Assembly: GCA_963693095.2 (NCBI GenBank) | Contig: OY843768.1 | Span: 544,001 to 608,000 of the forward strand | DNA length: 64,000 nt | Direction of reading: 5' to 3' | Source of the DNA: Cenarchaeum sp. | Lineage (GTDB): Archaea > Thermoproteota > Nitrososphaeria > Nitrososphaerales > Nitrosopumilaceae | Shown here: piece after piece, positions 44,401-56,400 of the stretch | Layout of the letters: each line of letters starts with the position of its first letter | Position numbering within the stretch: the stretch's first letter is position 1 | Translations under genes and position numbers: made by a program | Notes under the pieces: generated by a model | Seen by the model: only the letters and a program-made list of their open reading frames with translations | The model's database searches: none | What the model was told of the DNA's origin: nothing

Positions 44401-47400
44401 GTCGTTTGTTAGCGCAGATGCGGCCGCATCCAACGCGATCAGGGTAATGTTTGACGAGCGGATCAACCCCGCCACGCTCACCAGGGCAAGCCTGCCGGTG
44501 ACTGCCACCGACTCGTCAGGCAGTCCGCTGACCATCACGCTGCACACCGACGACGCGACCGAGGATGGCGACTCGGCGATACTCGTCTCCGCGGTCAACT
44601 CTGGCGTCGGCTCGGGCGCCTCCCAGTACACCGCCGTCACGATCGTCCTGGCCTCGGCGCTGACTGACGGCGCGACGTACACGGTCACGCCTGCGCCCAC
44701 AGTCACCGACCTGGCAGGCAACGCGCTGGCGCTCACCGGCACGGAGCCTGACACGCGCGCCGTCTCGGCGACGTACAGCGCCCCGCCGGCGGCCCTCACG
44801 TACACGGTGATGACGGCCTCGCCGACGCAGACGACAGTCACGTTTGGCGCCGCGCTCCATGCGAGGATCACGACGTCGACTGATCTTGACGAGGCAAAGT
44901 GGATCGTCGAGGACATTGCCGGCGCGAGCCCCGCCACGACACCGTCGGCCGCCGATGACCGCGCCGTCACTGCCATCACCGTCACCACGGTGGGCGCATC
45001 ACCCGTACTGACGCTCACGCACGAGGCGCTCACCGAGACCTCGCGCGCCCTCGTCTCGTACCGGCCGTCCCTCGGCGACCCGCCGACGTTCGACGCGGCA
45101 GGCGCGCCGGTCACGAGCCAGCCCGGCGCCACCGCGGGCCATGACATCGTCGGCGCCACCGGCGCAGCCGTCTCGACTGACGCGGTCCACGCCACGGCAG
45201 GTGGCGCGCCGACTGTAAGGACGGTCTTTGAGTCATCTGCCACCACGCGCACGATCCTGCTCAGCGAGGAGGTGTCTGCCACGCCGACAGTCGAGATGCG
45301 CGCGACAGGCACGCCGACGTATGCGAGCGCCGCCGTGGAGGCCACCGCGGGCCGCGCGATACTCGTCGCCTCGACGCTCTCTGGCAGCGTCGACGTGAGG
45401 ATAGCGGGCATACACTCATCGACCGTGGAGGCCACCGGCGTGCCAGTCGCCACGGACCGCATAGACACCGACGTCTATATCGTGCCCGGCGACGCGACGG
45501 CTGCCACGGTGGTCGGCAGGGACGCCTCGCATGGCCTGCGCGACGCCTCGGGCCGCGCCATGGCGCCGCTCTCGGCCTCCTTTAACGTGCCGGCCGACGG
45601 CGAGCTCGTCCTGATCGCCGTGTCCCCGTCAGTCAGCGACAGGTCAGTGAGGCTCCTGTTCAGCGAGGCCATCGATCCGGCATCGGTCAGCGCCTCGGCC
45701 TTTGAGGTCACCGGCCCCTCGCCGTCCACAGCACCGCTGACGATAACGACTGCCACGCTCGATGCCGCGTTGTCAGTCGGCGCGCCTCGCAACGTGGTGA
45801 CGCTGGTCATAGCAGAGGACATATCCGCCGCGGGCCAGTACGTCGTGACGGCAAGGGCCGCCGGCGGAATCACGCAGCCTGACGCGGTGCCCGAAGGCGC
45901 ACTGGCAGCCGACTCGGTCTCCGTGTTCCGCGTGGCCGCCGCCGGCACCGCCACGCTCACGGCCGCCGCGCCGTCAGGCGCGCAGACAGTCGTCGCGACG
46001 CTCACGCCGGCGATCGACATGACCTCTGCAGGTCCGCAGGTCTTTAGGATAGTCGGGCCGTCAGGCGCGCAGCAGTTCCGCGCGATCGAGTCGACTACGG
46101 CGACGTCGGCCACTACGGTGAGCATATCGGTGCGGGCAGCACTGCCGGCAGGCACGTACACGCTGGAGACCATAGAGCCCCCGCGCGCGACTGGCCTGAC
46201 GCTCAACCTCGACAGGCTTGACGGCACGGCGGGAGCCGGCACGGCAGCAGACACAGTCGACGCGCCGATAACTGCGAGGATTGACGGCGCCGAGCTCGTC
46301 ATCCCGTCCGGAGCCACGTTCACGTTTGGCAGCGCCGCCGAGGCGGTCCTCCTGGAGCGCGCCGCACTCGACGCGGATGAGGCATACTCGGCGCCGGGCT
46401 CGTCGCCGACTGCAGCGGACACTGCGGCTGCTGCTGCAATCTCCGCGATCATCGAGTCTGACGCGGCAGCCAGGGCGCTTGGCGCACGCGGCGACGCGCT
46501 CTCCTCGGTACCGCTCATAGAGGCCGGCAGCGCGTCATCGGGCATATCGCTCTCGGCACCCGCATCGCTGCGCATAGACGGCGATGCGTCTGACACCGGC
46601 GCCATCCACGCGTTCTACCTCTCTGGCGCCGATAACGACGTCGTCAACGCCGTGCCCGAGTGCGCGGACAGCGTGACGCACACGACTGCGCCGACGCTTG
46701 GCGCCGGCGAGGACTGTTACGTCGAGGACGGCGCCGACGTCGTCATCTGGACGAGCCACATGACGCAGTTTGGCGTCGCGACTTCTGGCACGCCACTCAC
46801 GTTCGTTGCGTCAAGCACGTCGGCCACGCAGACCCTCGTCACGTTCAGCCTGCCGGTGTCCGGCACGACGGCGGCAGCCGAGTGGGCGGTAAACGGCGTG
46901 CAGGCCACGGGAGTCGCCTCTGCTGGCGCAAGCGCAGCAGCGCAGACGCTCGACGACGACTATACGCTCACGCTGACCCACGCAGACGCCGGCACGGCGG
47001 CAAGGGACTCGGTCACGTACACCAGGTCGGCCGGCCAGTCCTCACAGATCCTCTTATCGGGCACTGGAGACGACACGATGGAGCTCGCAGCGCCGGGAGA
47101 CACGGTTAGCGCAGATGCGCTTGGTGATGCGGCATCGCCGACGTTCACGGCAGAGTTCCTTGATGCCGACACGATCACGCTCTTGCCAAGCGAGGCTCTC
47201 GACGCTGACACCGTCACGGGAGCCAACTTTGGGCTCAGCGGCCCGGACGGCCCTGATGCGGGCAGCCTGCGCGACATTCTCGCACTCGACGCGACGACGC
47301 CTGTAGATTACACGGCCGGCACGACGACTATCGCGCTAAACCTCGACGAGTCGGCGATTGCAGACGGCCTCTATGTCATCAGGCCATCCACGTCAGTCAC

Positions 47401-50400
47401 CGACGTCAGGGGCAACGCGTACGTCAGCAGCGCCGGCTCGCTTGCCACAGGCCTCGTCTTTGCTGCCACTGACGCGACGGCGACATACGACCCAACGCTC
47501 GGCGACTTTGATGCGCGCGCGCAGAGCCTGGTGGTGACGCGCGTCACGTTTGGCGCGGCCCTGGCCGGCACGCTTGATGTCGGCAACTGGACCGTGACTG
47601 ATGATGACGCAGACGTGGCCATGATCACGCGCGTGGCACTGGGCTCGGCGGATGACGCGCGCGAGGCTACGCCTGACACGACGCACGCGATCGCGCAAGG
47701 CTCTGCGGCTCTCGCACTGTTCATCACGCACGAGGAGCTCGACTCGACAGCTGCCACGCCGAGAGTCGCCTACGCCGGAGGCGACCTGACTGCCGGCGGG
47801 CTCGACGTGGCCGACCGCGGAGTCGAGGCCGCCGACGGGATCGCCCCGTCCATCGAGTCGGCCATGTTCACCGATGCTGACATGCTCGACATCACGATCA
47901 GCGAGACGCTCCTCAACTCAAAGGCAGACGTGGACGGCTACACGTTTGGCGTGACGGTGCCAGACACCGACTCGGACGGCGTTCCTGAGGATGTCCAGCT
48001 GGACGGCACCAACCCCGTCGACTATGACGCGACGGCCAGCACGATCACGCTCACGCTCGCCGGTGATGCCACGTCGGCCATCGTGCACACCGTCACGCTG
48101 CCTGCCGCGCTAGTCGACAGGGCAGGCAACGCGTTTGCCTCGCCGGCCGAGGCGGACGCGACGTACACGCCGGATGTCGCGCCGGCGGCGACTGACGTGG
48201 AGTACACGGTTCTTGAGGGGACAACGTCCAACGCGAGGCCTGACCCGTACTCCTCGCACGCGCGCGCAGGCGACACGATCATGCTCTCGATCACGCTCGG
48301 CGGTGAGGCGAGCTCGGTTAGCGTGCTCTTTGTGGGCAAGACGGACGATCCGGACACGACGGCAGACGACGCCAACACGGTTGCCATGGCGCGCGTCGAG
48401 AGCACGAACGAGTGGCGCGCGATGTACGTCGTAGAGTCTACAGGCACCATCGACGGCGCGTTCACGTTTGACGCGACGGTGACGGCCGCCTCGGGCGCGA
48501 CGCGCCCTGTGGACGAGGCGACCCTGTCGGCGACGACGCCGCCGACGATCGACCGCGCCGCGCCGACGGCGACGGTGACTGCGACTGTGAGGCTCGCGGG
48601 CCAGGGCACTGATGCGGCATCGGGCACGATCGCCGGCATCGGCGACACTGTCCGCGTCAAAGTTGCGGCCAACGAGCCGCTCGTCACGGCACCCGGCGAC
48701 ATTGCGCTCTTTGGGACGTCGACTGCCGCCGACTCGGTGGACCCCGGCACGTCCAACGCGTACTCGTACGTGCGCACAATAGTCGCCTCGGAGGCCAACG
48801 GCCCACTCACGTTCAGCCTGACGATACGCGACAGGGCAGGCAACGAGGCAACGCTCACGCAGGCCGACGTGGAATCGAACGTGACAGTCGACTCTGACGC
48901 GCCGACGCTATCCTCGGCGGCCACGGCGACGACGGCCACGCTGACTGTCACGCTCTCAGAAGCCGTCACGGGAGCCGGCGTCACCACCGAGTGGTCTGCA
49001 GAGGACGGCGCGACGGAGGCTATGATCTCCGGCGTCGACGTCTCGGGCAGCACGGTGACACTCACTTACGCGACGATCGCCGACACGTCATTTGCGCCGA
49101 CAGTAGAGTACACGGGCACGGGCATAGTCGACGCTGCCCGCAACGCCATAACGCTTGACTCCGCGACGTCTGCGGCCACAGTGGCTGCGACTGACGCCCT
49201 AAGGCCGGAGATAGACACCTCCACGTTCACGGCGGCCGACAAGATATCGGTGACCTTTAGCGAGGCCGTGACGAGTGACCTGAGGACAGGGGCGGAGGGA
49301 TGGTCCGTGGTGGCCGGCTCCAGCCTCACGGTGAGCGACGTCATGTTTGCCTCCCCCACGTACACGCTCACGGTGTCCGACGTGGTGCCCGGCACAGAGT
49401 ACACGATCAACGCAGCAGACATGATCGACGACCTCGTCACGCCGACGGCAAACAGGGTTCTCTCCACCGAGTCTGACACTGCGACGTACACGGCGCCTGA
49501 CCCCTTCGCGGCCGCCACGAGAAGCCTCACGACGACGCTCGTCACGTTTGACGGCGGCGCGCTGGCCGGCACCCTCGACGTGGACGACTGGACGGTCACG
49601 GACAACGACACCGGCTCGGCTGACGCGGAGCTGGTCATATCGAGCGTGGCGACGGTGGCCGCCTCCGGCTCGGTGACGGCGACGCCCGAGACCTCGGCGG
49701 GGGCCGGTGATGCGGTAACACCGGCCATACCGTCGAGCCCTGCGGCCACGCAGCTCCTCATCACGCACGGGCCGCTCTCCTCGACGGCGGCCACGCCGCG
49801 CGTCGACTATGCCGGCGGCGACCTCAGGGAGGGCGGCGCCAGCGGCACCGGCGTCGCCGACGGCGGCGCCGACGCGGCCGACGGCGTGCCGCCGACGTTC
49901 ACGGTTCACGACGCGACAGAGGCCGAGGAGGGACTCGTCGGCGTCACGGACGAGGACGGCCGGGTGATGTACTCCGTCTACACGGCCCGCATGTCCGAGG
50001 CGATGGACGCGGCGGACTTTGCCTCCACGCCGACCGGCGCAGACGGGCAGTGGTCCGTGGCGCTTGGCACGGCCACGGCGGCAGCCGACATGGTCCACCG
50101 CGCCGCCGCGGCCGGCCCGCTGCCCGACAGGGTAGTCGTGCGGGTCCTGGCGTCTGGCCTGGTGGCGTTCCCGTTCCCGCAGGGGACCCCGACGCTGACG
50201 TACACGGCCTCCGGCGACCTCGCGCTGGCCGACGCGGCCGCCGTGGCGATGGCCTCGCCGACGTCCGCTGCGGTGACCCCGGAGCCCCCGGCCGGGCCGC
50301 CGTTTGCCGCCGAGACGCGCAGCGCGACTACTACGATCGTGACCTTTGACGGCGGCGACCTGGGCGGCGCGCTCGCAGTCGCCGACTGGTCCGTCATGGA

Positions 50401-53400
50401 GAGCGGTGGCGTGGGGCAGCGCCTGGTCGCGCTGGTCGTGGAGACCGTCACGACCGACCCCACAGACTCTGTCAGGTCGAACACGGTCGGCACGCCCCAC
50501 GGCGCGCCTGTGGCCTCGGTGACGGTCGGGGCGTCGCCGGCAGTCACGCAGGTTCTCATCACGCACCCGCAGATCTCGACGGCGGCGACGCCGACGGTCT
50601 CGTACAGGGGGACTGGCCTGACCGAGGGCGGGATCGCCGTGGAGCTCGGCGACGCGGTGGCCGCCGACGGCGCGCCTCCGACGTTCGAGGCCGAGCTCAC
50701 GTCTGCGAGCTCCGTGAGGGTCATCTTTAGCGAGCCCGTCGACGGCGCGACGGCGGTTGGCGAGTGGGCAGTGGACGGCTCGGCTCCCGAGTCGCTCTCG
50801 CTGACAGAAGACGGGGCGGCCGAGGCGGGCACCGCGTCGCTCGCCGGCACCGAGGAGCTCTTTATCGCGCTCGCCGCGCCACGCCCAGGCACCGACCTGG
50901 GCGGGCTGACCGCAGCGGGCGTCACGTACACGGCGCCGACCCAGGGCGCGATAGAGGACGACACGGACAACGACCTTGGCACGGCAAACACCGCCCTGCA
51001 GGCCACGGCAGTCACCGACAAGGCGCCGCCGATGATCGTCTCGGCCACGTTCACCGACGCCGACACGATATCCGTCACGTTCACCGAGGACGTGACCAAC
51101 GTGACTGACATTGTGGGAGGCGACGGCTGGTCGGTGGAGCTCGGCAGCACCCCCGTCGGCCTGAACTCGGCGGCGCGCACGGCCGACTCGACGTACACGC
51201 TAGAGCTCACCGCCGGCGTGGACACCGGCATGGCGCACACGATCCACGCGGCCGACGCGATAGCCGACGTCTCAGACGCGGCCAACCCGATAGACGCCGG
51301 CGCCATGACGACGGCGACGTACACGGCGCCGGCGCAGGCGCCGACGATAACGGGCGCGACGCTTGACACGCCGACGTCAATCACCGTCACGTTCTCAGAA
51401 ATGCTTGACGGCGAGACGGACGCCGACGAGTGGAGAGTCGACAACACGGCGCCGGCCTCGGTGACGGCAGGCGGCTCGACGGCCGCCGCCGGCACGGAGC
51501 TCACGATAACGGCGGCCACCATGACGCTCACGCTAACGCTGGCCAGCGCGCAGGACGCCGACGCGACGCCGATAGTGACGTACACGCGGCCGACAGGCAC
51601 CAGCGCCAACTCGCTGGACAACCCGGCCGACACCCCGCTCGACTCGACGCTCTCGCCCCACGTCACGGCCGCCGACATGATCGACCCGTCCATCGATTCG
51701 GCCAGGTTCACGGCGGCAAACATGATCGAAGTCACGTTCACCGAGCCGGTGACAGAGGACACGTCGACGTCGGCGGCGGGCGGAACCGGCTGGTCGCTGA
51801 CTGACACGGTGGGCAGCCTCGCCGTGCAGACAGTCGCGCACTCGGGCAGCACGTACACGCTCACGCTCGACGGCAACGCCGTGCTTGCCAGGGCGTACAC
51901 GATAGACGCCGCTGACGGGATAACCGACGAGTCTCCGGCGGACAACCCTGTAGACGACGGTGAGAGGGTCGGCGTGACGTACACGATACCGGACACGTCA
52001 GTTCCGACGTTCAGCGCAGAGCTCACCTCGGCGAGCACGGCAAGGATAGAGTTCAGCGAGGCCGTCAGCGGCATGACGGCGGCCTCCGAGTGGGCGTTTG
52101 CCGACTCGACTGTCGAGTCGCTCTCGCTGATGGCCGACGGGACGTTTACGATGGGCAACCTCGTGCTCTCCGGCACCGAGCTCTTTGCCACCTTTGACAG
52201 GGCCCGCACGCGGACTAGCCTGGACAACGGCGACGGCAACGACGACGGCACCGCCGTGGAGATCACGCCGGCAGTCGTGACATACACGCGCCCGTCGACT
52301 GGCGACAACACGATCCAGGACGGCACGAACCACCTCGCCGCCGCCGGCGACTCGACAGACGCCACGGCCGTCACCGACAAGGCCCCGCCGACGTTCACGG
52401 CGCGCACGGTGACGGTGACGACGATCGCCGTCACCTTTAGCGAGGCGATACACAACACGTCCGCTAGCGCCGACAATCCGCGCGCCGACGTGCTAAGCGT
52501 GACAAATTGGGACGTGGACGACGGCACGCCGAGCTCCCTGGTCGCGGCCAACTTTACGCAGGCCGGTGCCCCGACGGGTCCCGGTAACGCGGCATACACG
52601 GTCTTTACGCTCACATTCGCCAGTGCCTTTGGCGTGGACGCCACGCCCACAGTCACCTATGTCCGCTCCGGCCCAGGCTATCTGAGCGACGCGCTGACGA
52701 GCCACTTCAGAGACCATTCCGACAACAACGAGATTTCAGACGACGCGCTGGCAGCAGTGGCGACCGACGGCATCGGTCCGGCCATCGACACGACAGCGCC
52801 GACTGTCAGCACGGACGACGTGGAGTTCAGGCGCAGCGCCGACGGCATGACCTATAGCATAAGGATCCACTTCAGCGAGGCACTCGACAGGGACACAGTC
52901 ACGGCGGCAGGCAACTTTGCGCTCACGTCCAACAGCAACCCCGTGACGGTCACCCCATCCTATGTCGCGCCGGCCTCGGGGCAGACCACCTCGCACGTGG
53001 ATCTCGCCCTGACGACTGCGCCGACAATGTCTGCCAGATATTCGATCACCATCGCCCCCGCCGTCACTGACGTGGCGATGAACGCAGTCGCCTCCGCAAG
53101 CCGCTCCTTCACGGTGGATCTCGACATCACCCCGCCGACGGTCTCCTCGGCGGCGTTTAGCGGCCTCTCGACCATAGTCCTCTCGGTCAGCGAGCCCCTT
53201 GACACTGACACCGTGACCGGCCTGACCGTCATGGGCCTGGGCAGTGCCACGGACCTCACGGTCTCCACGGCGGCAAACATGGGAACCTCCGCGCCATACA
53301 CGGTCCACGCCACGACAACCGACGCGACGGCCAACGCGAGGTACACGCTGACGGTCCCGACAACGGTGACTGACGACTCTAGCACGCCAACTGCGCTGGC

Positions 53401-56400
53401 AGCGCCGGCGACGTTCACGGTCACTGCGCCGGCGACGGGCGGGACGATCGCCACGCCGACTGTGATGTCTGCGCAGACTACGAGCCGCGAGACGACAACA
53501 GTCACGTTCAGCGGCACGCTCGCCCTCGGCGAGACGAGCGCCTCGGACTGGGCGCTAACGCCTGGCTCAATCACCGTCACATCGTTGCGGGCCGGCATGC
53601 AGACCGAGGCCGCCTCGACGCCGTCGGCTACGCTGGACATGGGAGACGTGTCGATCACGCCGACCAACATGATAACGCTGGTCCACACCACCATAGGCAC
53701 AGGCGCCACGCCGACCGTGCAGTATGACGGGACGGGAACGATAACGGCCTCTGGCGCGCCGGGCGTCGTGCCGACCACGGCCTCCCCGCACACCACGGCG
53801 ACTGACGGGGTCGCGCCGCTCGTGATGACTGCGACATACGCTGAGACAAACCGCGAGATAACGCTCACGTTCAGCGAGGGCCTGGACTCCGACACGGTCA
53901 TCGCGGCCAACTTTGCGGTGCGCGGGTTCACCGAGCCCACGACGCGCTCGGACACGCTGGCGTTCAACACGGCGCACGGCACGGACGGAGTCCTCTACAC
54001 GGCTGGCTCCTCGGACTCTGAGACCTCGATGGTCTCGATCAGGCTCGCCACCTCTGACTCGTATGACGACTACAAGGTCGTCATAGCGGGCTCGGTTATG
54101 GACACAAACACCAACGCGTACGTGCCCATAGACAACCCTGACGGCAGCGACGCTACTGACGACAGCGACGTCGACGTCGAAAAGGTCGACGAGACTGCCC
54201 CGCGGGCCACGGAGATAACAGCCACAGTCCACGACGGCACGCCGGGCGCGAGCACGGCAAAGACCGGCGATCACAGGACCTTTGCCGGCATCGGCGACAC
54301 GGTTCGCCTGGACATCACGCTCGACGAGGACGCCTCTGGCACGCCGACCATAGACGTGGCCGGCGTGACTGGCGCCTCGATGGACGACATGGCAGACGGC
54401 GACGCGACGACGTGGCGCTATGACCTCGTCGTGTCGGCCACGACGGTCGAGACGTCATCGCTGACCTTTACGATAAACGTCACCGACGGCGATAACTCTG
54501 GCACGATAACGGAGACGACCGGACACGTGGGCACGCTGATGTTCAACCGGCCGACCATAGACGTGACGGTGCCGACGGCGACGGTGACGACTAGCGTGAG
54601 GCTCGAGGACGCCCCGTCAGACTCGTCGACAGTCACCACGGCCGGCATCGACGACGAGCTTCGCGTGACGCTCACGGCCAGCGAGGCGCTCGACGCACGG
54701 GTCACTGACATTGATCTCTTTGCGGCTGCAGTGGACGCCGACTCCGTCGAGGGCGCCGGCGCCAACGCGTACGCGTACGTGCGCACGATAGTGGCGGATG
54801 ACGCCAACGGCGATATCGAGTTCTCCGTCACGTTCCGCGACAGGGCCGGCAACGCGGCAGCGGCCGCATTGACGCACACCGACGCGACGCCGCGCGTGAC
54901 AGTCGACGCCACGCCGCCGACCATAACGTCTGCCGCGACTGCATCCACCACGACGCTCACAGTCACGCTATCCGAGGCAGTCACGGGCGCCGGCACGTGG
55001 TCTGCAGTGGATGGCTCGACGACTGCAATGATCTCCTCGGCGGGCGTCTCGGGCGACACGGTGACGCTCACGTACACGGCGATCGCAGACACGTCATTTG
55101 CGCCGAGAGTCACGTACTCGGGCACGGGCATAGTCGACGCCGGTCGCAACGCCCTGGTGTCCGGCAGCCAGCAAGGCGCCACTGACGGGGTCTCGCCGAC
55201 GGCTGAGGCGGCCTTCTCGGGCAACTCCATCGTCATAACGTTCAGCGAGCCTGTCACCGGCGTGACGTCCATGGACGTCACGGCGCCGATGGCGTCCACG
55301 TCCGTGTCCACGACCGCACACCACACCGCCGGCGAGGCGACTGTGAGGATAGACCCACCCACGCCGGTGGCAATCGGCACGTGGACAGTCGCCATACCGG
55401 CAACAGTCACCGACGTGGCGACCAACGCGCGCGCCACGACTAGCGTCACGGCCGAGCGCGCAGAAGCCCCCACGGCGACAGTCGCCTACGAGGTGCAGGA
55501 ACAGGCCACAATGACGGCAAAGGCCTCTCCGCACACAAACCACGCGCGCGCAGACGACACGATCGTCCTCTCGCTCACGCTATCCGAGTCCGTCGACACG
55601 GCGCCGACTGTCCTCTTTGTGGGCAAGACGACAAACCCGGTCACGATGACCAGGGCCGGCACGACGAACGTGTGGAGTGCGCCGTATGTCGTAGAGTCGA
55701 CCGGATCCATAGACGGCACGTTCACGTTTGCCGCGACGCTCACGGGCAACACGGGCTCGACGCGCCCCGTGAGCGCCGACCCGGCCACGGCACCGACAAT
55801 AGACCGCGTGGAGCCGACGGTCTCCACGACGGTGTTTATGGGCAACTCGATCGTCATAACGTTCAGCGAGCCTGTCTACAATGTGCCGATGACGCTTGAT
55901 GTCACGGCTCCGGGGGAGACCATGGACGAAGACACGACTGCACACCACACCGACGGCGAGGCGACTGTGAGGATAGACCTGACTGAGCCGGTAGATGTCG
56001 GCTCGTGGACAGTCGACATACCGGCAGCCGTCATCGATGTGGCAAACAATGCGCGCGCCGCAGCATCGGCGAGCGTAATGGCCATGCGCACCGACGCACC
56101 CACGGCGACGGTGGCCTATGCGGTCTTTGAGTCTGACGGCACGACGCACCGCACCGCACCGCACGCGGACCACGCGCGCGTCGGCGACAAGATCAGGCTC
56201 TCGCTCACGCTCTCTGAGGCCGTCACCACTGCGCCGACGGTCGTCTTTGTGGGCAAGGTCGACGATCCGTCCACGCCGCTAGTCGATGAGTCGGGCAGTG
56301 CCAACATGGTGAACGTGGCGGGAACGAACGAGTGGCGCGCGACGTACACCGTGGAGACAGACATGCAGGACACGGCAGAGCTCGGCAGCCCGTTCACGTT

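Noticed and set aside
16900-52740. Diversity-generating retroelement behind the variable loops
   Set aside because: There is no reverse transcriptase in the window. Differences between copies include indels and non-adenine sites, and no TR/VR pair was seen. A trans-acting element elsewhere is untested.
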